Below the pieces are notes generated by a model. It saw only the letters and a list, made by a program, of their open reading frames with translations, had not been told where the DNA came from and did not search any database. 64,000 bases of DNA, from contig CAWIJG010000002.1 in assembly GCA_963836315.1 (NCBI GenBank), forward strand, positions 1,447,786 to 1,511,785, given 5' to 3'. Origin of the DNA: an uncultured Verrucomicrobiae bacterium. GTDB lineage: Bacteria; Verrucomicrobiota; Verrucomicrobiia; Palsa-1439. Shown one piece after another: positions 40,236 through 49,493 of the stretch; position 1 is the first letter of the stretch, and every line of letters begins with the position of its first letter. The position numbers were made by a program, and so were the translations under genes.

Positions 40236-41079
40236 TTATTGCAGCGTCGAGTTCGTTACGACGACGTTGCGAGAGGTCATCCTTGTTCTTGTTGCCATAG
40301 GTATGGCAGGCGTCGAGATGATCTTGCCCGTGTTATGGTTGTGATCAATACCGTGGGCGGAATCGCCCGCCGTATTGTTATAAGCGGGCAACTGAAGTAA
40401 GTGATGCGCGACGTTGTCGCCGGTGATGCCCAGTCTTAAAGCCGTTGCCGTTGCCCGTCTTGCCATTCCAACTGCCTTCATTGTAGGACTTGCAGCCGCT
40501 GGTGACTGACCGCGCTGGCGGCTTTTCAAGGTCGAAGCCGTCATCCGAGTTCTGATGGGCGTCGCAATTGGTGAATTTATTCCCCGAGCTGGCGCCCTGT
40601 TTGCAGCCGTAGCCATCCGCGTTTCCGCCCGAGCTGTCGGCGTTTTGCTTGCTAATGCAGTTGTTAACGGTGTTGTTCTTTGCGCTGCTGCCGATGAGTT
40701 CAATGCCCGTGTTGTAGTTGCCCACGGCGGTGCAGGATTGGATGCTGCATGACGAGCCGTACACGATGATGCCATGGTTCGCACCCGTCACGGTGAAGCC
40801 TGAGAGGGTCACACCGCTATTGCCCGACGGCACATAAAAGCCGTCCGCATTGGCTCCGGTGGTGAATTGGAAGGTGGCCGACCCTTTGACGGTCACACCG
40901 CTCGGCACCTGGATTCTTGTGCTGATACCACCATACGTGCCGGACACACTGACTGTTTGTCCAGACTTCGCGGCTTGGATCGTGGCCACGATGGCATTGT
41001 TCGCCTGGGCCACTGAACAACCCAGTAGAACAGCGACTGCCGCCAGACCTACATACTTACGACCAGGACTGTTTGACAT
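40236..41079 (-). pseudogene. Secreted right-handed beta-helix protein, PL9 (PelL-like) type, with several indels (may be sequencing error)
   Basis: Signal peptide; NADGYGCK, NSDDGFDL, GNGNGFK-LG, GIDHNHN motifs; the C-terminus continues in other frames to the stop at 40236. Confidence 0.65.
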
Positions 41080-41554
41080 AACTCTGTCTCCTATCTGTAT
41101 CTGTTGTTCCCGTTGTTTGGTTTATCCTGCCTCACCGAATCGTGAAAAACGGATATTGGGATCCCCTCGCAATAGACGAAAATCGAAGTAAAGCGGCCAG
41201 GATGGCCTGAGAGCGATACGATGTGTGCAGACACAATAACCAACGCCTACCTTCCGCCAGGGTTGATATCAGAAGCTGATTTTAGAGTAACAGGGCTCGA
41301 GACTTCGCGTCTATACGACGTTCTGCAAGATTCAGTGAATTTACTGCGTGGAGGCGAAAAAAATTTAGTGGACTAAACCCGGTCTTGGTTTTTCGCGGGA
41401 GAGGTGGCATGGAATTCCGGAGAGACTGACGCCGGAAGGAAGAAACAGTTACGTTCAAAGGTTGGTGGGACGAACGGATGCACGAACGCGGCACCCGGCT
41501 TTTTCATTGAAGCAGTTGCAGCAAGGGGCTACAAAGCAGGGAGCGAGCGACATC

Positions 41555-41601
41555 ATGGACAAACGAATTCGTGTTATTCAATATGGACTGGGCGCCATCG
41601 G
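41555..41601 (+). repeat. 47-bp direct repeat, right copy (5' end of the dehydrogenase gene)
   Basis: 42/47 identical to 35408-35454. Confidence 0.9.
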
Positions 41602-42557
41602 GTGCGCGACGGCGCGCCTGGTATTGAGCCGGCCGGGACTGCAATTGGTCGGCGCGGTCGACCGCAATCCGAAACTGGCGGGCAAGGATTTGGGCGACGT
41701 GCTCGGCGTGGATCGCAAGCTCGGCATTGTCGTGACGGACAAGCCGGTGATCCTGTTTGCGCAGACCCCGGCGGACGTGGTGATTCATTGCACGACGTCG
41801 AGCTTTGTCGAAGCCTACGAGCAACTCACGGAGATCGTGCGGGCGGGCCTGCATTGCGTGACCTCATGCGAAGAAGCGCTGTTCCCGTACTACCGCCACA
41901 AGGTGCTGGCGGGAAAGCTCGACGATTTGTGCATCCAGAAATCCGCCGCGGTGGTCGGCACAGGCGTCAACCCCGGGCTGGTGATGGACACGCTGGCGTT
42001 GCTGCTCACTTTGGCGTGTCAGCGCGTGGACGCGGTGCGCGTGATGCGCGTGGTTGATGCGGCGCACGCGCCGCGAAGCGTTGCAGCGCAAAGTGGGGGC
42101 GTCCCTGAGCGAATCGCAATTCAACAAGCTGAACCGGCAACGCAAAGTCGGGCACGTCGGCCTGGCCGAATCGCTCGTGTTTCTGGCGGACGGGCTGGGG
42201 TGGGCGCTGGACGAATTGAATGAGAGCGTGACGCCTGTGATTGCCAAGAAGACGGTCAAGACGAAGTTTCTCACCGTGCCGAAGGGCGCGGTCGCGGGCA
42301 CGCGACAATTTGCGCGCGGCACACGCGGCGGCATGGAAATACTGACCCTGGAATTGCAGATGTACATCGGCGCGCCGAACCCGCGCGACATGATCGAGAT
42401 CGTTGGTAGACCGCCCCTGAGCCTGGTGATTGAAGGCGGCGTGCCGGGCGACGTGGCCACACCGGCGATCCTGGCCAACACGTTGCCACGGCTCATCGAA
42501 TGCCGGCCCGGGCTGCACACGATGCGCACGCTCGGCCTGCCGCGGATGACGCTCTGA
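41555..42557 (+). CDS. NAD(P)-dependent oxidoreductase of the 2,4-diaminopentanoate dehydrogenase / amine dehydrogenase-like family; frameshift near 42066
   Basis: IQYGLGAIG Rossmann motif, CVTSCEE, GTGVNPG; the second frame (42054..42557) supplies RREALQRKVG, HVGLAES, GGVPGD.AT. Confidence 0.8.
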
Positions 42558-42559
42558 TC

Positions 42560-43093
42560 ATGTCGAACATCGTCTACTTCGACCTGGAGACCCAGAAGAG
42601 CGCGGCGGAAGTCGGCGGCTGGGACCGGAAACGCGACATGAAAATGTCGGTGGGCGTCACCTACAACACAGGTGACGGTCAGTATCGGATTTTCCCCGAG
42701 GACAAGGTTGCCGACCTGGTCCGGCAACTCACGCGGGCGGACATCGTCGTCGGCTTCAACATCATCAATTTCGATTACGAAGTGCTTCACGGCTACACGC
42801 CGCTCGATTTGCACGCGACCCCGACACTCGACCTGATGGCCGATCTGGAATTGAAACTCGGGCACCGGCTCTCGCTCGATTCCATCGCCAAGGCCACGCT
42901 CAACGCGCCGAAGGTGGCGGACGGCCTGCAGGCGTTGAAATGGTGGAAGGAAGGCCGGATCCTGGAGATCGCCGAGTATTGCTGTTTCGACGTGAAGATC
43001 ACCAAGGAACTCCACGAATTTGGCCGGCAACACGGCGAAGTTTCCTACATCGACCGCCTCGGCCAGAAACGCAGCGTCAAGGTGAAGTGGTAG
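42560..43093 (+). CDS. RNase H-like (DEDD, YprB/RNase_H_2-type) nuclease
   Basis: YFDLETQ, VVGFNIINFDY, SLDSIAKATL, EYCCFDV. Confidence 0.85.
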   Translation: MSNIVYFDLETQKSAAEVGGWDRKRDMKMSVGVTYNTGDGQYRIFPEDKVADLVRQLTRADIVVGFNIINFDYEVLHGYTPLDLHATPTLDLMADLELKLGHRLSLDSIAKATLNAPKVADGLQALKWWKEGRILEIAEYCCFDVKITKELHEFGRQHGEVSYIDRLGQKRSVKVKW

Positions 43094-43158
43094 GGCGGTC
43101 CGAGAACTTTGTCGGCTGGTTTTGACAGATCACTCACAGATTGCGTATTCTGTTTCCC

Positions 43159-44151
43159 GTGAAGAACAGGCCTATTCTTTACATCAACATACCTTGGATG
43201 AAACGCTACAAAGGGGCTTCTTCTGGAAACGATATGCCGCAGGGCGACTTTTCGTATACAAAGAGCAAACCACTGAATGACCACACTCAGTTCAATTTCA
43301 AGCGATACAGGCGAGAAGTACTACGGCCATGTTCCCGGGAGCACAAGCCCGGACCTGAAGAGGCTCGGAGGGGTCAGACACGCCGAGTTTGTTGATGGCG
43401 TTACCGTCGTATGGATTGCGACCGACCCAGACTCTCGCGGACGAGTTATCGTAGGCTGGTATCGAGATGCTAGGGTTTGGGGCGAAAGACAAGAGTCGGT
43501 TGGAGCGTTGGCACAAGAGCGGACCGCTACGTGGGGGGAATCCTGCGGGTTTTCCGTCGAGGCGCCAGTCGCTCCGTCAGGACCCGTAGATCCAGGAAAA
43601 CGTCCGGCTTTGCCAATCCATGGGCGTTCTCGTAAGGGGAAACCCGGTCAGAATCCATTCTGGTATGGAAATCCATTGGTTAACAGGCGTGTCCTCAAGA
43701 TGATTGCTAGCGGCAGATCATCGCGTGTGGGGTCTTCACGACATAACGTCCCATCCAGCGTTGGTCATGGCGGATGGCTGCAGGACACACGTCAGAGACA
43801 GAAGATTGAAAAGAACGCCATGACGCGAGTGATGAAGGAGTACTCAAGAAACGGTTATGATGTCGAGGATGTCAGTTCCCGTAAGCTCGGGTACGACGTA
43901 CGCGCTGTTTCGAGAGTGGGGGAGCTGCATTCGAGGTTAAGGGATCGAAAGCCGTCGCATTGAGCATCGAGCTTACTCCGAACGAATTCTCGTTCGCCAA
44001 GAAAGATTGCAGAGCTTTTCGCTTATGTGTTGTTCTTAATGCTCTCACGAAGCATCCGAGGTTGCGAATCTTCCGACCTGACCGGATGGTCTGCAATGGT
44101 GCGATGAGTCTGGAAACACTGTCTGCGCTGTTGAAAGAATCGGGGCGATGA
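43159..44151 (+). pseudogene. DUF3883-type PD-(D/E)xK nuclease with N-terminal recognition domain; two apparent frameshifts (about 43302 and 43930)
   Basis: LYINIPWMKRYKG...FNFK / DTGEKYYGHV...VVWIAT...VIVGWYRDARV...IEKNAM...GYDV / EVKGS..IELTPNEF across three ORF segments; looks less GC-rich than its neighbours. Confidence 0.7.
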
Positions 44152-44304
44152 TCAGGGAATAATTAGCGGAGCGTAAAGTCATCTCTCCACCGGACGCGCT
44201 GGGAGTCGAGTGGAGAATCTATGTCGCGAGAACACGATGGTCCTCTACGTCTCTGCAAACGGAAGCGGAATGACTTTGTTCTTGTCGGAACGGTAGGGCG
44301 CATG

Positions 44305-44458
44305 TTGACACGGCCATGGGGACAACCCTCACCCTGACCCTCTCCCTTAAGAAGGGCGAGGGGATAGAAGAAGGGGCGCATCTTGACACGGGCCATGGCT
44401 GACAACCCTCACCCTGACCCTCTCCCTTAGAAAGGGCGAGGGGACAGAAGGGGCGGGG
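44305..44458. repeat. Two tandem 78-bp REP-like units
   Basis: Units at 44305 and 44383: TTGACACG(G)GCCATGG..GACAACCCTCACCCTGACCCTCTCCCTTA..AAGGGCGAGGGGA.AGAAG, each with a CCCTCTCCC/GGGCGAGGG hairpin. Confidence 0.88.
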
Positions 44459-44527
44459 TCGCGCCCGGAAGGGCGCTCCCACAATAACTTATTGAGCAGA
44501 CCATGAACGTCTTCTGTCCAATCCCCC

Positions 44528-45187
44528 ATGAATCAACGACTCCGGGTTTTCTGGCGGGAATGGGTTTTACCGGCGTTGGTGGCGGTCGCCGTCCTTGCGC
44601 CGTTGCGGTCGGCGGTGGCGGATTGGAACGATGTGCCGAGCGGTTCCATGATGCCGACGATTCTCGTGGGCGACCGGATTTTCATCAACAAGCTGGCGTA
44701 CGATCTCAAAGTCCCGTTCACCACGTGGCAGATCGCCAAGTGGGCCGACCCGCAGCGGGGCGATATTATCGTGTTCCCGTCGCCGACGGAGGGTATACGG
44801 CTCGTGAAGCGCGTCGTCGCGGTGCCGGGTGACCGCATCGAACTGCGGGACGATCATCTCTTCATCAATGACGAACCGGCTTCCTATGCGTTGATCGACC
44901 GCGGCACGCCGTCGGCCCTGATCGTGAGTGAGACCGTTTCCGGGAGAACTCATCCGTTGCGGATTGAGCCGCAGAGACCGGCAATGCGGTCGTTCGGGCC
45001 GGTAGAGGTTCCGTCGGGATGTTACTTTATGATGGGTGACAACCGGGACAACAGTGCCGATTCGCGCTATTTCGGGTTCGTGTCACGGGACCGCATCCTG
45101 GGCCGCGCGACGACGGTGGCGATGTCGTTCGACCACGACCATTACTACAAGCCGCGATTCGAGCGGTTCGGCCAGAGCCTGCATTGA
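44528..45187 (+). CDS. lepB: Signal peptidase I
   Basis: VPSGSMMPT (Ser), GDRIFINK, LVKRVVAVPGD (Lys), MMGDNRDNSADSRYFG. Confidence 0.96.
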   Translation: MNQRLRVFWREWVLPALVAVAVLAPLRSAVADWNDVPSGSMMPTILVGDRIFINKLAYDLKVPFTTWQIAKWADPQRGDIIVFPSPTEGIRLVKRVVAVPGDRIELRDDHLFINDEPASYALIDRGTPSALIVSETVSGRTHPLRIEPQRPAMRSFGPVEVPSGCYFMMGDNRDNSADSRYFGFVSRDRILGRATTVAMSFDHDHYYKPRFERFGQSLH

Positions 45188-45272
45188 CGCATTCGCCAAG
45201 GCTACGGTGCGCCCCGACAGAGCGGGGCGGCTACAAACACAGCGTGCGGGAGCGGGTCAAGCCACCGCACGG

Positions 45273-45303
45273 CAAGGCGGCGTCGAGCCGCCGCACTCCA
45301 AAG
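45273..45303. repeat. REP-like hairpin ending in GCACTCCAAA
   Basis: GGCGGCGTCGAGCCGCCGCACTCCAAAG; GCGGC/GCCGC stem. Confidence 0.6.
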
Positions 45304-45310
45304 CGGAGCG

Positions 45311-45845
45311 AAAAGAAAAGCTTCCAAACCTTCCAAACCTTCCAAAGTACACATACGGTATTTCCGGAAGTTGTGAGAGAATCGGGGTGTGAGAGAAAGG
45401 ATTAGGAGTCAGTTTTGAAAACGACTCGGAGGAGGCGATGCGCCTCAAGACAGGAGATCGGGGAGCCCCCTCACCTTAATCCTCTCCCCTCGAGGGGCGA
45501 GGAGACAGGAGGCCGGAAGTCCCCTTACCTTAACCTTTGCTCCGAACTCCGGTGCGGGGCTCCGTGGCGCCTTGCGGACTCGGCTCCTCTCAAGGGGGGA
45601 GACAGAAGGCAATTGCGACCTTGGAAATGGAGGTTGGCAGGGGGCCTCTCTTATAGAAAAGAGTGTTTCTGCCAAACGAACCCAACCAAAAAAATTGTAT
45701 CTGTCTCGGCATGAATGTGTTGGGAAAAAATTCAGGTTGGGTTCGTTTTGCAAAAAGAGGAAAAAAAGAGGCAAAAAACGGGAAATAAATGCTGGAAAAC
45801 AGCTCCGGGAGGGTGGTTTTTACGCACAAACGAACCCGATTTGAG
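45311..45845. repeat. CGAACCCAAC inverted-repeat element, copy B, with inserted REP-like hairpins
   Basis: IR at 45677-45686 and 45736-45745 (49-nt spacer), third motif at 45831; reverse-complement homology to 29947-30245; CCCTCACC-type hairpin inserted at about 45467-45505. Confidence 0.9.
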
Positions 45846-45913
45846 GCACGGATGGGGACCCCGTACACGACACGAGGGCAGGCAGCCGACGCTACAACGG
45901 CGTGGGGGAAGCA

Positions 45914-45940
45914 GAACCTTCGTGCCGTTGCCGTGTCCAA
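45914..45940 (+). promoter_or_regulatory. ECF (RpoE-like) promoter, probably autoregulatory
   Basis: GAACCT-N16-TCCAA just upstream of the ECF sigma gene. Confidence 0.65.
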
Positions 45941-45954
45941 CTGATTGCGTTACG

Positions 45955-46545
45955 ATGCGGACAATGACCTCCAGCGAATCCGACGTCGCGCTCATGCTGC
46001 GCGTGCGTCAGGGCGATCACGACGCCTTTCGGGAATTGATCGAGCGCCACCAACGCTCGGTGATCAACACGATCCATCGCGCCATTGGCGACGCGTGGGA
46101 GGCGGAGGACCTGGCGCAGCGGGTTTTCGTGCAAGTCCATCGTTCGGCGAAACGGTATAAGCCGACCGCGAAATTCACGACGTGGCTGTTCACCATCACG
46201 CGGAACACGATCCTCAACGAACATCGCCGCCGCAACCGCCATCCCTCCGAATCGCTCGATGCGCTGCAGGAGCCGTCCGACCCGGAGGGCGTGGGCTGGC
46301 AGGCGGCGGACGCAGGCGCTCGCGATCCCGCGCAGGAGGCGGTCGGACACGAGTTGCAGGAGAAGATCAGGGAAGCGGTCCGCGAATTGCCCGAGGCCCA
46401 ACGCACGGCGGTCATCCTGTGCCGGTACGAGGGGCTGGCGTATGAGGAAATCGCGGAGGTGCTGGGTTGTACAGTCTCCGCCACGAAATCACTATTGCAC
46501 CGCGCGCGGCTGACGTTGAAGGAGAAACTGCGTGGGTATTACTAG
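45955..46545 (+). CDS. ECF RNA polymerase sigma factor (RpoE/SigW-like)
   Basis: GDHDAFRELIERHQ, EAEDLAQRVF, AKFTTWLFTITRN, LPEAQRTAVIL..YEGLAYEEIAEVL; the ORF-track 5' extension lies in repeat DNA. Confidence 0.95.
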   Translation: MRTMTSSESDVALMLRVRQGDHDAFRELIERHQRSVINTIHRAIGDAWEAEDLAQRVFVQVHRSAKRYKPTAKFTTWLFTITRNTILNEHRRRNRHPSESLDALQEPSDPEGVGWQAADAGARDPAQEAVGHELQEKIREAVRELPEAQRTAVILCRYEGLAYEEIAEVLGCTVSATKSLLHRARLTLKEKLRGYY

Positions 46546-46594
46546 GCGAAACTCTTTCACGAGCCTGGTGTTAAACCAGATAGAGAGGAAAGAC

Positions 46595-47032
46595 ATGAGT
46601 TGCAGGGCAGTCATAGATCAATTCGCCGAGCGGCTGGATGGACGGTTGGACGAGCCGCGGCAAGCCGCATTTGACGCGCATCTCGCAGGGTGCGCCGATT
46701 GCCGCCGCGAGTGGGCAGCGTACGCCGGCGCATGGCGAGCGCTGGATCGCGATGAGGGAATTGAGCCGTCGTTCGGGTTTGCCGAGCGCACGCTGCGGCG
46801 CCTGAACGAACCGCAAGTGGCAGTCCGGTGGTGGGTTTGGCGGCCCTCGTTGCGTTGGGTGGCGCTGGCGGCGACGGTTGTCGTGCTTGGCGTAGGCGGG
46901 TGGGTCGGGCACGAGCAAATGGCCGGGAGAAAAAGCGCCGAAACCTATGCCCGCATCCAGCAGGCGGATTATCTTGAGGATTTCGACGTGATTGCCAACC
47001 TCGACCGACTCAAGGGAAACAACCAACTGTGA
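46595..47032 (+). CDS. Zinc-binding (ZAS) anti-sigma factor
   Basis: N-terminal Cys, HLAGCADC (HxxxCxxC), one TM segment. Confidence 0.9.
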   Translation: MSCRAVIDQFAERLDGRLDEPRQAAFDAHLAGCADCRREWAAYAGAWRALDRDEGIEPSFGFAERTLRRLNEPQVAVRWWVWRPSLRWVALAATVVVLGVGGWVGHEQMAGRKSAETYARIQQADYLEDFDVIANLDRLKGNNQL

Positions 47033-47535
47033 GACGAATCTTTCTGTCGACGGTGCTGGCGATCGGCACGGTAATGGTTGCCGCGCAGGCGCAGCAGGAA
47101 CCCACGTCGGCACCGCCTCTGCCGCCTCCGGCTGTCGATCAAACGAAGCCCAAGCCGAGGCCGTCGATAACAGAGGAGCAACGCCTCGACGCGACCTGGG
47201 GCAAGATGTCGGTCGAAGGAAAGACCAGACTGATGCGCCTCCATCGCGCGCTTTCCGAGATGCCGCCCGAGGAACGGAAATTCATTCACGACCGCATCGA
47301 GCGTTTCCTGAACATGTCGCCGGCGGAGCGCGAGAGACTCAATCAAAACAGGCAGCAATGGGAGCAGATGTCACCCGAGCAACGGCAGATGGCCCGGGAG
47401 GAATTCCGCAGGCGCCGTCAGGAGCTTGAAGAACGGTGGAGTCGCGAGCATCCGGGAGAGGAGCCACCGACGAATCCGTCGCCGGCCCCCAAGTCGCCGC
47501 CGCCGCCCCCGCCCCCTGTACCGCCGGCGCCATGA
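47029..47535 (+). CDS. Exported DUF3106-like helical protein
   Basis: Signal peptide; repeated W/F-xx-M-S/P-P-E-E/Q-R units; poly-Pro ends. Confidence 0.75.
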   Translation: MRRIFLSTVLAIGTVMVAAQAQQEPTSAPPLPPPAVDQTKPKPRPSITEEQRLDATWGKMSVEGKTRLMRLHRALSEMPPEERKFIHDRIERFLNMSPAERERLNQNRQQWEQMSPEQRQMAREEFRRRRQELEERWSREHPGEEPPTNPSPAPKSPPPPPPPVPPAP

Positions 47536-47604
47536 CGCTTATTTGGATGGTAGGAAACCCAAACCAATATCACGATACCCAACAAACCAAAGAAGGAGAT
47601 ACGA

Positions 47605-48094
47605 ATGAAACGCGGAATGATCATCGCCTGTTTGATCGGCCTGATGGCCCCCTTGGGGGTGCGGGCCCAGGGAACGAACGCGCCGCCCCCCACGCCACCG
47701 GGAGGGGACCGGCCGATGCGGGCCCGGCCAAACATGGACAACCTGTTGCCGCCGCCCGTGCTGGGGGATCTGGCGCTGACGCCGGACCAGAAGACCAAGT
47801 ACGATGCTCTGGCAGCGGATTACAAGAAGGACTTTGCAAAGTGGCGTGAAAGCAACCCACCAACGGGAGAGCCGCCGTCGCCCGAGGCTCGTCAAGCCGT
47901 GAGAGACCTGCGTAAGAGTTACACGGACAAGGTGCGCACATTCCTTACGGACGACCAAAAGACCAAACTCGATCAAGCTCTCGAACGCATGCGATCACGC
48001 GGCCCGCGTGGCCCCGGCGGGCGGCTCGGGCGGCCCGGGCGGAGCAGGCGGCGCACCGCCACCGCCACCGCCACCACCGCCGGCTGACAAGTAA
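47605..48094 (+). CDS. Exported Spy/CpxP-like (LTxxQ) protein; probable frameshift in the tail near 48030
   Basis: Signal peptide; LTPDQK and LTDDQK motifs; an alternative frame gives GPGGAGGAPPPPPPPPADK* ending at 48094, whereas the ORF track stops at 48087. Confidence 0.7.
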
Positions 48095-48113
48095 GACTTG
48101 CGGTCGTCATTCC

Positions 48114-48149
48114 ACGCCGCGTGAGGTGGCATTCAGCCTCACGCGGCGT
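48114..48149. terminator. 13-bp perfect hairpin between convergent genes
   Basis: ACGCCGCGTGAGG-tggcattcag-CCTCACGCGGCGT; overlaps the rsmB stop. Confidence 0.7.
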
Positions 48150-49401
48150 TTGTTCTTTGAAACCTGGCGACGAACGCGCCATCCACTCCGTCGCGTGGCG
48201 GAAACAGCGAACGTGTCGCTTCGACTGCAAAATGGGGATGGGCTGCCTGAAAGGTTTCGACGACGCGTTCGTTCTCTTCTGGTTCCAGACTGCACGTGCT
48301 GTACACCAGCAAGCCGCACGGCTTCACAAAATTCGCTGCGGAAGCGAGCAGTCTTGCCTGCAGCCCCGCGAGCCGGATGATCTCGGTTTCTTCCAGCCGC
48401 CAGCGCAAGTCGGCACGACGCCGAAGCACGCCGGTGTTCGAGCATGGCGCATCCACCAACACCCTATCGAATTCCTCGCCCCGCAAACAGCGATCCAGGC
48501 GTGTTCCTTCGCACGCCAGCGTCGCGACGATGTCCACGCCCAAGCGACGGCAGTTCTCGCCCACCAGCGCCAATCGCGAGTTCGTCGAATCGGCGGCGAT
48601 GATGCGGCCCCGGTTCTGCATCTTCTGCGCGAGATACGTGGTCTTGCCGCCCGGTGCCGCGCACATGTCCAACACGGAATCGCCGGGCTGCGGGTCGAGC
48701 ATTTCCACGGCGAGGAGTGTGGAGGGATCCTGTACGTAGAACTCACCGTTCACAAACGATTTGGCCTGAAAAAGCCCCGTCGTGTTGGTTATCCGCCAGC
48801 AAAGAGGATGGTTGGCAGGCTCCGTTGCGATATCGGTGGGTTTTGCGGAGGCCTTCAGCGTGTTGATTCGCACGTAGAGTGGAGGAGGCTGATTATTCCA
48901 TTCACATAGCGCCGCTGCTGGTTCGCGGCCCAGACGCGCCGCCCACCGTTCCCACAGCCATTCGGGATGGGAGTAGTAGACCCACGGCTTGGTTTCACGA
49001 GTGGCATTGAGCTTCTCGCGCAACAGGGTGCGGTTGCGGTCCGCCCGACGCAGGATCGCATTGACGAATCTCACTTCCGCTTCGCCGGCATGCGCCTTGG
49101 CCAGGGCGACCGATTCATTGACCGCGGCGTGAGCGGGTGTTCCGAGGAAGAAAAGCTGGTAGAGGCCGAGATGGAGGATATTGGCGACGACAGGACGCGG
49201 CGGTTTGGTCACGAGCTGCCCGGACAGGAATTCAAGCGAAAGCCTTTGTCGCAGGCAACCGTAGAACAATTCGGTGGCAAAGCCGCGGTCGGAATGCCCG
49301 AGCGAGGACTCGGCCAACGCGCGATCGAGAAGCTCGTCGGCGAACAGGCGTGATTTCGGCCAGCGGTTGAGCAGATCCAAGGCGAGTTCCCGAGCATTCA
49401 C
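48139..49401 (-). CDS. rsmB: 16S rRNA m5C967 methyltransferase (NusB-like + NOL1/NOP2 domains)
   Basis: GTG start at 49401 (MNARELAL); LHLGLYQL, AAVNESV, FVNAILR, YVQDPST, DMCAAPGGKT, VDAPCSNTG, YSTCS. Confidence 0.95.
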   Translation of the reverse strand: MNARELALDLLNRWPKSRLFADELLDRALAESSLGHSDRGFATELFYGCLRQRLSLEFLSGQLVTKPPRPVVANILHLGLYQLFFLGTPAHAAVNESVALAKAHAGEAEVRFVNAILRRADRNRTLLREKLNATRETKPWVYYSHPEWLWERWAARLGREPAAALCEWNNQPPPLYVRINTLKASAKPTDIATEPANHPLCWRITNTTGLFQAKSFVNGEFYVQDPSTLLAVEMLDPQPGDSVLDMCAAPGGKTTYLAQKMQNRGRIIAADSTNSRLALVGENCRRLGVDIVATLACEGTRLDRCLRGEEFDRVLVDAPCSNTGVLRRRADLRWRLEETEIIRLAGLQARLLASAANFVKPCGLLVYSTCSLEPEENERVVETFQAAHPHFAVEATRSLFPPRDGVDGAFVARFQRTNAA

Positions 49402-49493
49402 GAGTCGTGAGGCTAGCACAAACGGCTTGAGTTTGAACAGCAGAGGACTAGGGTCTCGCGGTAAGCCCCGTGAGGATTTAGAGGAGACTAAAA

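Noticed and set aside
49402-49493. sigma54 promoter for amtB (TAGCACAAACGGCTTG)
   Set aside because: The GG-N10-GC spacing is not satisfied.
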